IMG/VR virus record: IMGVR_UViG_3300015606_001334
Location: 192,001-256,000 of that record
Length of the DNA: 64,000 nucleotides
Source of the DNA: a virus
Taxonomy: Duplodnaviria; Caudoviricetes
Direction: 5' to 3' (one strand)
Shown here in pieces: positions 18,634 through 28,228 of this stretch; the stretch's first letter is position 1; each line of letters begins with the position of its first letter. Position numbers and translations under genes: made by a program. Under the pieces are notes generated by a model. The model saw only the letters and a program-made list of their open reading frames with translations. It was not told where the DNA came from and made no database searches.

Positions 18634-20040
18634 TCACTTAATTTTGATTTTTACAGTAGCAGTCACTGGATAACCTGCTTCGTCGTAATACTTCTTACGT
18701 TCCTTGAAGTGCTTCTTAGACCATTTCAAGTTAGCATAAACGTCTACTACGTGAACGCTGTTTTTGTCAGCTGCGAGTCGAGTTCCTCGGCCTACGGATT
18801 GGATCGCTCGGACAAAGCTCTTACCAGAATCAAGGAGCATCAAGCAGAAGATTCGATCGATAGAAATACCGGTTGACGCGATACCAAATGTAGCAATCGT
18901 GATAACGTCATTACGATCCTTGTACATGTCGTACTGAGCTTTACGTTCCTTCTTATCATTTTCTCCATATAGGAATACAGAGTCTTTGATCATGGCTTGA
19001 AGCTTTTCGCCCATTTCAACTGAGTTGACGAGGACCAAAGTGTTGCCGTACTTCTCGCACTTGCTGATGATTAGGTCGGCGATGACGTCGAGACGCTTGA
19101 TATTCTTCGCAATGTAAGATCTTTCAGACGCGTAATCTGGGAAATCGTCTTCAGCAGCCTTAGATTCGATAACGACTGGTTCGATTTCGACCTTTGCGAG
19201 GTAACCATTCTCGATTAGCCACTTTGCTGGAATTTCCTTGTGAATCTGACCGATAGTCGACTTCAAGGTCATTTGATCAGCAGCAGGTTTTGGGAACGTA
19301 CCAGTCACACCAAATCGGAATGGGATGTTCTTGCCGTGCTCAGTGATTAGATCGTAGATGACCTGACCCTTAACACCGTGAGCTTCGTCGATAATGAACA
19401 TATCGAAGAATCCCATGAGCTTTGGATTATTCTGAAGGGATTGCCAAGTAGCAACAACGTGCTGACAATCGATTTCCTTCTTTGCACCAGAATATTCGCC
19501 GGCATCCATGCCACAAACTTTGTACCAATCAGCGGTTTGGGAAACCAAATCGGAAGATGGAACAACTGTGATCGTCTTGTAACCTGATTGCCCGTAAATG
19601 TCAGCCAATGAAGCGCAAATTAGAGATTTACCAGCTCCAGTACCAGCAATAATGAAACCAGAACCTTCATCCAAAAGGATGTTGACTGCACCAGTTTGGT
19701 AAGGACGCAGCTCAACTCCAAATTCCTTGAACTGATCCTTATGAGAACGACCAGTCGGATTTTGGAATGCCTTACGTTGATCGATTAGTTCGACGTCGTA
19801 ATTTTCCTCGATCAGGATTTCGAGAATTTCTGGTAGGAAACGAATGTAGGTCTTACCAGTCTTTTCGAAGAACTTCTTCTTTCCATCCCAACGACCTAGC
19901 TTGTATGCAGGCATGAAGAAATAGCCATCAACATAGACGGCAAATTTCTTTTCAAGGGCTTCTAGTGTAGTTGGGCGAAGATTCGAAATGAAGCAGAAAA
20001 CTTCATCTTTGACGGTGATGATGCACTTTTGTTGTTTCAT
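18634..20040 (-). CDS. uvsW: UvsW-like superfamily 2 DNA helicase
   Basis: LRPYQ, TGAGKS, DEAH, GVTGT, STGISI, QSVGRG.R. Confidence 0.93.
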   Translation of the reverse strand: MKQQKCIITVKDEVFCFISNLRPTTLEALEKKFAVYVDGYFFMPAYKLGRWDGKKKFFEKTGKTYIRFLPEILEILIEENYDVELIDQRKAFQNPTGRSHKDQFKEFGVELRPYQTGAVNILLDEGSGFIIAGTGAGKSLICASLADIYGQSGYKTITVVPSSDLVSQTADWYKVCGMDAGEYSGAKKEIDCQHVVATWQSLQNNPKLMGFFDMFIIDEAHGVKGQVIYDLITEHGKNIPFRFGVTGTFPKPAADQMTLKSTIGQIHKEIPAKWLIENGYLAKVEIEPVVIESKAAEDDFPDYASERSYIAKNIKRLDVIADLIISKCEKYGNTLVLVNSVEMGEKLQAMIKDSVFLYGENDKKERKAQYDMYKDRNDVITIATFGIASTGISIDRIFCLMLLDSGKSFVRAIQSVGRGTRLAADKNSVHVVDVYANLKWSKKHFKERKKYYDEAGYPVTATVKIKIK

Positions 20041-20351
20041 TTTTCTGTGAAGTGTCTTTCAATCCCGTTTTCCTTTAGAAAAGTTTGGACATCAACATTG
20101 GCCCAGCCTGAAGCATAAGCCCAGAGCCGAAATACATGGCTCATCTCAAATGCGGTAATGTCTTCTTGAGGAGTGAAACGGAAATCTTTTTTGTTCTTAT
20201 TATCGTGAAAAGAGATTTCACATGCGGTCTGATAGGCTGGAGCTATAGTGAAGGATTTGAGAACCTCAGAACCTACGAATAGCTTTGAGCTATCTAAAGA
20301 ACTGACATTATAATTCGGTTCTTCAGATTTGTAAACGTTTTCTTCACTCAT
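20037..20351 (-). CDS. hypothetical protein (paralog of 20360-20689)
   Basis: Shares DIT..E...D[VI]Q.F[LI]K..G[IL]ERH with its neighbour. Confidence 0.6.
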   Translation of the reverse strand: MSEENVYKSEEPNYNVSSLDSSKLFVGSEVLKSFTIAPAYQTACEISFHDNKNKKDFRFTPQEDITAFEMSHVFRLWAYASGWANVDVQTFLKENGIERHFTEK

Positions 20352-20359
20352 TTTAAAAA

Positions 20360-20689
20360 TTAAAGATTTTCTTCGAAAAGGACCTTGATTACAGGAAGGT
20401 GTCGTTCCAACCCAAAAATTTTGATAAATTTTTGAATATCAAAATTAGCTTTGCCTAAGACCAAAGTCTTTAACTCGCCAAGATAATAAAGTTCTTGTGT
20501 TGTTATATCAGATTCAGCGTCAATCGAATAGAATATATTTCTATTTAGCTCGTCTTTCAAATTGGTACCAATGATAGCTTTAGGACCTGCAGTTCTTGAA
20601 AAACTTTGAACTTCGTCAGTGACGAACATTTGAACAGTTAGCTCACTTAGAAGTTCTTTAGTTAAATCGGAGTATTTTAGAATGCTCAT
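20360..20689 (-). CDS. hypothetical protein (paralog of 20037-20351)
   Basis: Shared C-terminal motif; GAAAGG SD. Confidence 0.6.
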   Translation of the reverse strand: MSILKYSDLTKELLSELTVQMFVTDEVQSFSRTAGPKAIIGTNLKDELNRNIFYSIDAESDITTQELYYLGELKTLVLGKANFDIQKFIKIFGLERHLPVIKVLFEENL

Positions 20690-20728
20690 TTTTACCTTTC
20701 AAATAAATAATTCGTACAATTTAGGAGG

Positions 20729-21466
20729 ATGGTTATGTTCTATGTTTATGTGTATTGTGATCCGAGAAAACCCTCAGACTTCTCATCTGGATTCGAACCT
20801 TTCTACATAGGCAAGGGGACGAAGGATAGAGCCTATCATCACCTTCAACCAAACAGAAAGAACTCAAATGCAATCTTCACCAATAAGATTTCCAAGATAA
20901 GATCATTAGGTCTTGAGCCAATTGTCTCGATTGTAGCGGACAATCTCTCAGAAGATCAAGCGTTTCAGCTTGAGGTTGAACTCATCTCTAAATTCGGAAT
21001 GTATCCTAATGGTTGCTTATGTAACTTAACTGAAGGTGGGGTTGGCGGTAGATTATCGGAAGAATCTATTTCCAAAATCTCCGCAACCCTAACTGGCAGC
21101 AAACTTACAGAAGAAACCAAGAAGAAAATCTCTCATTCTCTACAAGGTAAACATCGAGATGCTGAAACTAAATTGAAGATCGCATCAACCCTTAAGGGAA
21201 CAAAACATTCAGAAGAACGACGCTCAAATTTAGTTAAAGCAATCAACGAAAAATTCTCCAACCTTCAAAATCTACAGAGATACACGATCTTCAATAATGA
21301 TGGGCCATTTGCTACTGTTTTTGGTAATGACTCTATCACCGATCTTGGATTCTCAGAGATTTACAACTCACTGAGAACCGGTAAACCGCTATCTCGCGGT
21401 AAATTCAAAGGTTGGAAAATCATCAAAGGACAGTATCCTGAAGTTCAGCAATGCGAAGTCTCGTGA
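20729..21466 (+). mobile_element. free-standing GIY-YIG homing endonuclease with NUMOD3-type repeats
   Basis: YVYVYCDPR...FYIGKG..DR..H, E..LI, N.T.GG.G, and repeats such as SEESISKIS / TEETKKKIS / HSEERR; antisense to the surrounding operon. Confidence 0.85.
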
Positions 21467-21896
21467 TGTGACCCACCATCCACGAAAGGCTTTCAAACGC
21501 CTTCACGATTGATTGAAGTTTTGCCTTAATGTTTGCCACTTCAAGAATAATTTCAGTGAACTCGACATATTCAGGATCACCTTGGATATACATCTGGATG
21601 TCCTTTGAAGCGAGAGCACGCGGATAACCTTCAAGAAACTTCTTCCAAAGCTTTGACTGAATCTTTTCCCGTTTGACGACCATCCATTCCTCAAGAGTTT
21701 TCATCTCTTGGTAATAGCGATCATAGACCGATAAGTTCTTTGGGAGAGTACGACAAACCTCTTCAAGTTTCACACCATCAATCTTGAAGAACTTCTCAGA
21801 ATCATCCACGTATCCTTCGTATCTTGTGATTATCCCCAATAGTTGAGGGAACAGCTGAACATCGTCGGCTGTATCAAGCGTCATTACAATTGACAT
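21423..21896 (-). CDS. uvsY: UvsY-like recombination mediator
   Basis: Helical 157-aa protein with D..MYI.GD.EY motif, located between the uvsX and uvsW homologs. Confidence 0.7.
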   Translation of the reverse strand: MSIVMTLDTADDVQLFPQLLGIITRYEGYVDDSEKFFKIDGVKLEEVCRTLPKNLSVYDRYYQEMKTLEEWMVVKREKIQSKLWKKFLEGYPRALASKDIQMYIQGDPEYVEFTEIILEVANIKAKLQSIVKAFESLSWMVGHITRLRIAELQDTVL

Positions 21897-21907
21897 ACGG
21901 AGAATCC

Positions 21908-22168
21908 TTAAAATCGGAGAGTAAGCTCGTTGGCTTGTTCGTTGAAATCTAAAATAGAATTAGCAAATTTAATGTAGATGATTGGTTTGATGAGAACTGT
22001 AGGAGTTTGTGTTATTGTTATGAACTCCATTGGATAGTCATTCTCAAATGTTATTATTGTTTGAAAACCATCAACGTCATTACCGGCTAATGAAATATTT
22101 AAGAAATTAGCTTTGTTCTTTTCTAGTAGTTCTTGTATTTTTGTTTTAGCTAATTCTGTGATAACCAT
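21908..22168 (-). CDS. HesB/IscA-like protein lacking the Cys ligands
   Basis: M.ITELAK.KI.ELL, L.ISL.G...DGF and F.NS.LDF resemble an A-type Fe-S carrier N-domain; no Cys present. Confidence 0.45.
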   Translation of the reverse strand: MVITELAKTKIQELLEKNKANFLNISLAGNDVDGFQTIITFENDYPMEFITITQTPTVLIKPIIYIKFANSILDFNEQANELTLRF

Positions 22169-22185
22169 TTTATTCTTATTATTGG

Positions 22186-22208
22186 AAGGGAGGGAATTTC
22201 CCTCCCTT
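22186..22208. terminator. perfect GC-rich hairpin after uvsX
   Basis: AAGGGAGGGAA-T-TTCCCTCCCTT; weak U-tract. Confidence 0.55.
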
Positions 22209-22212
22209 ATGG

Positions 22213-23268
22213 TTATGCTTCTTCGAGAGCTGCCGCTTCCGGCATGAGATTGTCTTTAGTGACTAGCTCATCTGCTTCGCGAATGGTCGAAAGACCGAGG
22301 ACCTTGTCGAAGATTTCCTTACCAAAGTTCTTACGTTGGAACTTGATAGGTTCTTCGCCTTCGATCTTCAAGGTGTACCATGCGCCGCCTTGCTCAACGA
22401 GACCTTCTGCTACGAGATCTTCGAGAACGCCGTCGTATGGGTCCATACCCTTGGTATATGGGACTTCAATTTCGACTCGAGTTCCAAGCTTCGCAAAGCG
22501 AGACTTGTAGGTGTCAACTCTCATTCGGATACCCAGAATTTCAGTACCTTCTTTGAGGTTCAACTTGCTGATTAGAGCAATTTGAGATGCAGAGTAACGA
22601 ACTGCGTTGTTGACGATCCACTTACCTTGACCGTTGGTAATGTCTTGGTTGACATACACTTGGTGGGTAGCGACGAATGCGACATTGAGACGAGAAATAC
22701 GGGAAACGATAGTACGTAGCAAGTGCTTGACTAGCTTAGTACGCTGACCCATATCACCAGTTTGTTCGCCCTTTTGGAACTTTTCGCTTTCCGAATCAGT
22801 CAACAACATGTCGATAGAGTCGAGAACGATCATAACCTTTGGAGCGTCTGGATTGTCCTTGCCGTATTCTTTTTCGTAGCCAGTGATGAACTCCGAAACA
22901 ACTGCAGTAACGTCTTGAATGGTGACAACCCCGACGTACATGAGCTTGTCTGGGGAAATATCAACACCTAGGGCTTGCAAGAAGCCTTGGTCCATAGCGT
23001 TTTCAGAGTCAAGGACTAGGATGAATGCACCTTCTTGTTGAGCTTCACGGATAGTGTTGCCGCAAAGGAAGGATTTACCAGCACCTGATTCGCCTGCAAA
23101 AACGGTTACGCGACCAATAGGAATACCACGAAGATAGGAACCACTCAAGCTCTTGTTGAGCGCGTAATTTCCGGTGCTAAACCAATAAGTTGGCGGTGAA
23201 AAGTTGGTAGTCACCGTAGTCATCTTATCCATAGTCTTACGGAAATCTTTCAAAAAGCCTAAAGCCAT
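22213..23268 (-). CDS. uvsX: RecA/UvsX recombinase
   Basis: STG..ALN, GESGAGKS, LDSENA, VLDS, Y.AS; start MALGF chosen by the AAGGAG SD. Confidence 0.95.
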   Translation of the reverse strand: MALGFLKDFRKTMDKMTTVTTNFSPPTYWFSTGNYALNKSLSGSYLRGIPIGRVTVFAGESGAGKSFLCGNTIREAQQEGAFILVLDSENAMDQGFLQALGVDISPDKLMYVGVVTIQDVTAVVSEFITGYEKEYGKDNPDAPKVMIVLDSIDMLLTDSESEKFQKGEQTGDMGQRTKLVKHLLRTIVSRISRLNVAFVATHQVYVNQDITNGQGKWIVNNAVRYSASQIALISKLNLKEGTEILGIRMRVDTYKSRFAKLGTRVEIEVPYTKGMDPYDGVLEDLVAEGLVEQGGAWYTLKIEGEEPIKFQRKNFGKEIFDKVLGLSTIREADELVTKDNLMPEAAALEEA

Positions 23269-23300
23269 TTGATTCTCCTTGTTGTAATAATTATTGGGAG

Positions 23301-23327
23301 AAAATGGGGTCCCGAAGAACCCCATTT
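23301..23327 (-). terminator. intrinsic terminator with cUUCGg tetraloop after the SSB gene
   Basis: AAATGGGGTTC-TTCG-GGACCCCATTTT. Confidence 0.8.
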
Positions 23328-23332
23328 GCTAC

Positions 23333-24253
23333 TTACTCGGCGTCAGCCTTCTTTGCAGCAGCGCGGGCACGAAGCTGTTCAAGAACAGACTTGGCCTTGT
23401 TGGAAGCGCCAGAATCTTCCTGAGGAGCGGAAGAATCGCCAGAATCCGAATCGGTAGACTCAGACTTAGCTGGTGCGCTTTCCTTTGCAGGAGCTGGGGT
23501 GGAATCACCAGAATCGTTGGAATCCTGGAGTGCCTGACCGGTTTGATCAGCTAGAAGGTAAGCTTCTAGGGAAGCACGAGAAACGTACTTTTCACGGAAC
23601 TCAGATAGAGAGTGAAGTTCTGCCTTGATGGCATCGATAACTTCGTCTTCCAAATCGGTTTGCTTTGGAGAGAAGCTGGAGGTACCGTAATCGGACCATT
23701 GACCTGCCTTGGTCTTCTTGATACGGAAGTTGTAACCACCCTTGTACTCGTATGGAGCTTCTTCGAGGTCACCAGACTGGAATGCAGTCTGGATGCACTT
23801 GAAGACCTTTGGACCGAAGTCGATTAGCTTGACGATGCCAGGATTTTCGTCCTTCTCGTCGATGTATTCGAATGGGGATTCGACAACCAAAACTTGGCCA
23901 AGGTAAGAACGCTTCTTGTAGTACTTCTTACCCATGTCTTCGTTGCCTTCGGCGTACAACTTCTGAGAGTGTTCGCAGATTGGGCAAGCTTCGCCGTACA
24001 TGGACAAGCAAGGAACTTTCTTCTTCTGTCCGTTAACGACTAGTTCGTGGGTGAGGTTTTCGACCAAGAACTTTAGTGGATTGGAATCCTCGTCGCGGTC
24101 TGGTAGGAAACGTACTTGTGCGGTGGTGTTGTCTGGCATTTTCCAGAATTGGTAGAACTTCTTCCAGACTGGAGTCTGGTTTCCACCTGCGGAATTATTC
24201 TTGCCAGCGAATGCTGAGGTTAGAGCCTGTAGGCGATCTTTTGCGGATGACAT
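23333..24253 (-). CDS. single-stranded DNA-binding protein (T4 gp32-like)
   Basis: VRFLP, C....G..CP.C zinc site, G.NF.IK, Y..S.F, acidic tail. Confidence 0.9.
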   Translation of the reverse strand: MSSAKDRLQALTSAFAGKNNSAGGNQTPVWKKFYQFWKMPDNTTAQVRFLPDRDEDSNPLKFLVENLTHELVVNGQKKKVPCLSMYGEACPICEHSQKLYAEGNEDMGKKYYKKRSYLGQVLVVESPFEYIDEKDENPGIVKLIDFGPKVFKCIQTAFQSGDLEEAPYEYKGGYNFRIKKTKAGQWSDYGTSSFSPKQTDLEDEVIDAIKAELHSLSEFREKYVSRASLEAYLLADQTGQALQDSNDSGDSTPAPAKESAPAKSESTDSDSGDSSAPQEDSGASNKAKSVLEQLRARAAAKKADAE

Positions 24254-24457
24254 GATAAACTTCTCCTAAACGAAATAAACAAAATAAACTGTCGAAACAC
24301 ACGATTGTGTAGGGACACCGCTTCAATACAAGCAGCTTAAGGAGAATCAATCAAAGGAATTGCTGAAACTCAAACATCTAATGACGCATCAACTTTCTTT
24401 TATTCTCTTCGAACATGGCGTCCGAATCTTTTAAGTTGTTGCGATTGAAGAAATTAA

Positions 24458-24487
24458 ATTATACAACAAAAATCCAGCGGTGTAAAC
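24458..24487 (-). promoter_or_regulatory. early promoter GTTTACA-N17-TATAAT for the SSB operon
   Basis: Exact motif about 200 nt upstream of the SSB start. Confidence 0.85.
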
Positions 24488-24535
24488 AACTTTCTTCATT
24501 TTTATTTATTGTTTCCCGCTGGATTTTTCAAAAAT

Positions 24536-26053
24536 TTAGACGATCGCGAAAGGCATTGGCTCGTCTTCTGCTTCTTCTGCATGCTCGTAGTCGAAGACCT
24601 TCTGGTGAGCTTGCTCGTTGAACTTTGCCATGTAGTCCAAAATTCTGATTGTGATCAAGGTTGCAGCTACAGCATCGTCGTTTGCGCCCGGCTTAGCTTC
24701 ATAGCCCTTGCCCTTCGAAGCATAGTTCTTCAGTTCGAAGATCAGATGGTCGGACATGATCTGAATGCCAGTGACCTTCTCAACCATGGTCTTCAACTTC
24801 AAAGCTGCCTGAATTTTGGTCTTACCAGAAGTGTACATTCCAAGCTTTCCTGGCTCGTCACAGACAAGTTCAGCGTGTTCATTCTGATTTTCATCATTGA
24901 AGTACAATGCTGAGATTGCCTCACCAATCGCATTTCGCTCAAAAGACCAGTAAACTTCAGGGCGAAGGTTGTTCTTATGCTTCAAGCTGGTCAAGCGCTC
25001 AAGGATCCAGGTGATCTTCTTGTAGAGGAATGGGATGATTAGTTTGTTGCTTCGGAACTCAGCGACCTGCTTCAGATCAGGGAACGAGAAGACTTGGATG
25101 ACTGAGTAGTCACTGTTTGAACCTGTCGCAGGGTCGACGCCAACCAAGAAGATCGGCACTCTGAGAAGTTCTTCTTCGCTCATGAAGAACTTGAAGTCTT
25201 CCTGTTCAAAGATCGGCTTTGATCCTCTGATCTGGTTGAGCTTGATTGGGTCAATCAGCAAGGAGTCAGAAGATAGGAATTCGCAGTCCAATTCTTGACG
25301 TGTCTTCACAGGACCCAACTTACCCTTCATCTCTTCGTAGTACTCTGGACCACGGTCTGGGTGCTGGTGCCAAAGAACCTTGACAGGGAAGAAGGAGTTC
25401 TGACCTGACATCGCTCCTCGCCAAAGTGTAGCATACAACTCGTCATCACCGTTCGGTGTAGAAGTCAGAACAAATTTACCACCTGTAGAAAGTGCAGGAG
25501 CTAGAGAAGCCCAAAGCTCGTCTTGAATACGTTTTGAGATGAACGCAATTTCGTCTAGGAAGATGATGGTTGGGGAATCACCTCGACCAGTCTTTTCAGA
25601 AGTTGCTTCACACTTGATCTTGGAGCCGTTATCGAATTCGATAGAGGTTCTGTTGTAGAACTTACAACCCGCTTTGATCCAGTCTGGTAATTCTTCGTAG
25701 GCGTACTTGATACGCGACATGATTTCTGTTGCGTGGTTCATCGCCTTGGATGCGATAATCGCCTTGATGTCTTCGTGGAATGTTGTCCACCAAAGGATGT
25801 ACATCGAAACGACAGTGGTTTTACCCAGCTGACGTGAGCAGAGTAGGATCGTGTCCTTGTTGTTGTGGACAGCATCGATCATTTCGAGCTGGTAATCGTA
25901 AAGTTCGAATGGAACGCAACCCTTCGTTGGGTGCTGAATCTTCACGTACTTTTTGATGAAATACACCGGATCGTTTTGACATTTTGCCAATTCCATTAAC
26001 TGGTCCGGTGTATACTCCGATTCTCGATTTGCTCTTTTAATTCCAACAGCCAT
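24536..26053 (-). CDS. terminase large subunit (T4 gp17-like)
   Basis: DPVYF, YQ, SRQLGKTT Walker A, LDEIAF, TSTPNG, QE.DCEF, GVDPA, DDAV nuclease motifs. Confidence 0.96.
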   Translation of the reverse strand: MAVGIKRANRESEYTPDQLMELAKCQNDPVYFIKKYVKIQHPTKGCVPFELYDYQLEMIDAVHNNKDTILLCSRQLGKTTVVSMYILWWTTFHEDIKAIIASKAMNHATEIMSRIKYAYEELPDWIKAGCKFYNRTSIEFDNGSKIKCEATSEKTGRGDSPTIIFLDEIAFISKRIQDELWASLAPALSTGGKFVLTSTPNGDDELYATLWRGAMSGQNSFFPVKVLWHQHPDRGPEYYEEMKGKLGPVKTRQELDCEFLSSDSLLIDPIKLNQIRGSKPIFEQEDFKFFMSEEELLRVPIFLVGVDPATGSNSDYSVIQVFSFPDLKQVAEFRSNKLIIPFLYKKITWILERLTSLKHKNNLRPEVYWSFERNAIGEAISALYFNDENQNEHAELVCDEPGKLGMYTSGKTKIQAALKLKTMVEKVTGIQIMSDHLIFELKNYASKGKGYEAKPGANDDAVAATLITIRILDYMAKFNEQAHQKVFDYEHAEEAEDEPMPFAIV

Positions 26054-26082
26054 AAATCTCTTTCATAGTATGAAAGATGTAT

Positions 26083-27453
26083 TTATTGCACCATCCAGGC
26101 AATTTCGGGGAACACCCGCTCAAAGTCTAGCTCGCGTCTTTGGTCATACTCATTGTAGAAGAGCTTGAAATCCTGGAGCATTTCTGTGTGATTCGGTAAA
26201 TCCTGGTCCATATACTTCATGAGGCGCTCGAGCTGGTCGATTTCCTCAAGATAGAATAGAGCTTCACCAAATCCTGGCACCTTGTTTCTATGTGCTTCCA
26301 TTACTTCGGTGATATTCTTTTTAGCCTTCTCTTTGACGTCCTTTGGAAGGATTCGAATGTCCTGAAACATCGGCCAACGGAGGTAATTTACGCTCAGACC
26401 GAGAGTACTATGTGCTGCATCCTTAACGTGCTTTGCTCTAAGGATGATAATGTCCTCAAGGAATTCATGGAAGTTGAAGGCGCTAAGTGCATTCACTGTA
26501 GTCATGAAGACAATCTGAACTTCAGGCAAAGCAGTCATGATCTTATCGAGATTGTCGATAAACTTGTCGTAATCCATTCCATAACGAATATAGTTTGCCT
26601 GTTCGCCTGCTGCCTCTGCAGAGGTAAAGATCTTGATGTCTTTGACATTCCCCTGAATAGACTTCAGTTCTTCAATCAAGCGATCGATCAGCTTGTCTGG
26701 AACTCCGAGGTTGGTGTTGATCGCAAACTGTAGATTATGGTTTGGATTCTCTTTGATGTGGTCAATGACTTTCCATGTATGTTTAGAAAGAAGCGGCTCA
26801 CCACCAGTGATTCTGAAAACCTTCAATGTGGAGTAAAGTTCAGGCCACCATTTCCAAAACGCCTCGATGTACGGGTTGTATTCATCGCGATGGATAGGAT
26901 ACTTTCCAGACTGCTTTAACCAGTTGGAATCATGCATCGTAATGGTATGAAGTTTGTAAGGACCATGCTTCTCAACTTCAGCCATCCATTGCGTTGAAAC
27001 ATCTGGAGTGCAGTACATGCAGGCAAAATTGCAGGTGCTTTCAAAGGCAACTTCGAGGTAGGTTGGATTGAAGTTTGGACCTTCACCAGAGTCTAGGACG
27101 TCCTGAAGAAATGGACGAGACCATTGAGACCCAGATTTGTAGATTCGATCTGACACATTCTCATTGTTTGAGTTCTCGATTCTCCAGCAATAATCGCACT
27201 CTTTGGTTTGAATACCTTCAAGCAACTCTTTACGGGCGAACATCTTGATTGGAGTATTGTGGATTGCCTTATGATTGGTCTTCAAAAGCTCAGCATCAAT
27301 CTTATGTCTTGATGGGTGGTGACACGAATGAGTCTCGCCATTGTAAAGGAGAATGGTAGACTGAAGCCACTTTGCTAGGCAAAAGCTCGGGGAAATTTTG
27401 TCGAGCTCTTCTCTAACTGAGACGACTCGGTTAAAATATTCTAGGTTTGACAT
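26083..27453 (-). CDS. radical SAM protein with N-terminal twitch/SPASM-like domain
   Basis: CLAKW..CHH..CDYCW, CNFACMYC (CxxxCxxC), GGEP, NTN; late promoter GATAAATA at 27484-27491. Confidence 0.9.
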   Translation of the reverse strand: MSNLEYFNRVVSVREELDKISPSFCLAKWLQSTILLYNGETHSCHHPSRHKIDAELLKTNHKAIHNTPIKMFARKELLEGIQTKECDYCWRIENSNNENVSDRIYKSGSQWSRPFLQDVLDSGEGPNFNPTYLEVAFESTCNFACMYCTPDVSTQWMAEVEKHGPYKLHTITMHDSNWLKQSGKYPIHRDEYNPYIEAFWKWWPELYSTLKVFRITGGEPLLSKHTWKVIDHIKENPNHNLQFAINTNLGVPDKLIDRLIEELKSIQGNVKDIKIFTSAEAAGEQANYIRYGMDYDKFIDNLDKIMTALPEVQIVFMTTVNALSAFNFHEFLEDIIILRAKHVKDAAHSTLGLSVNYLRWPMFQDIRILPKDVKEKAKKNITEVMEAHRNKVPGFGEALFYLEEIDQLERLMKYMDQDLPNHTEMLQDFKLFYNEYDQRRELDFERVFPEIAWMVQ

Positions 27454-27493
27454 TGTGATTTGCTTGGTTGGAAACGATGGAGATATTTATCGT

Positions 27494-28228
27494 TTACTTT
27501 CTTACCCAATCGGTCATATCAGCGTCAATGAAATCACTTTGCATATCAAGTACATCACGATCACCCTGCAAATGGTCATTGATTATTTGTTGGGCTTTAT
27601 TGATTTCTGTTGCAGCTGAAGTTCCACCATAGTTATGGACGAATTTTACCTGCTCTAAACCTTCAACTTGTAGGAGCTCTAAAACTCCTCTTTCGATTGG
27701 ATCGCATTGTAGGACCGAACCCATTATCCAATTCTTCGAAATCCCAGTGAAGGTTGTAATCTTATTTCCGTGGATGATTAATTCACCGCACTGAGATGGG
27801 ATACCGTCCCAATCTTTAAGTTGGTTGTCCGAGACATCACATCTATCTTGAACCGAGCCGGCCATACCTTCAAGAGATTCAATGCCGAGCCCTGGTACGC
27901 TGTAACGGCCATAGACGGTTATTGGGCCATTCTTCAATGAGCGAAGCTTTTCTCTACCATTAGTGATAATAATGAAGTTGCCATTTACTTCTCCAAATTG
28001 GTAAGGTAAGTAGCACATGTTGTCATCATCCAGTGGAAGATCATTGGCACGGATTCGAACGCTCTCTTGACAATTGATTACGAAATTCTTACCTTCTTTT
28101 TCAACTCGAATATTCCGTACTTTGACACTTGCACACCAATCTTCGATTTCCTGTTTGGTTAAACGATCATGCTCATCGCCCCAATCAGATTCGTTTAGGG
28201 TTTGTTTGAAAATTGCGGATAGTTTCAT
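27494..28228 (-). CDS. LRR-type paralog family member 1 (capsid-targeting N-peptide, conserved C-tag)
   Basis: MKLSAIFKQTLNE; repeats GP.TV.G.Y / SLEG; C-terminus DVLDMQSDFIDADM. Confidence 0.8.
   Translation of the reverse strand: MKLSAIFKQTLNESDWGDEHDRLTKQEIEDWCASVKVRNIRVEKEGKNFVINCQESVRIRANDLPLDDDNMCYLPYQFGEVNGNFIIITNGREKLRSLKNGPITVYGRYSVPGLGIESLEGMAGSVQDRCDVSDNQLKDWDGIPSQCGELIIHGNKITTFTGISKNWIMGSVLQCDPIERGVLELLQVEGLEQVKFVHNYGGTSAATEINKAQQIINDHLQGDRDVLDMQSDFIDADMTDWVRK

Noticed and set aside
24378-24416. 12-aa upstream ORF (MFEENKRKLMRH) in the SSB leader
   Set aside because: It has a weak SD and a length expected by chance; unsupported without ribosome profiling.
14112-26053. Inteins or introns in nrdJ, uvsW, uvsX or terL
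   Set aside because: Lengths are normal, frames are uninterrupted and no C...HN-[CST] splice motifs were seen; nrdJ has only a ~35-aa helical insertion.
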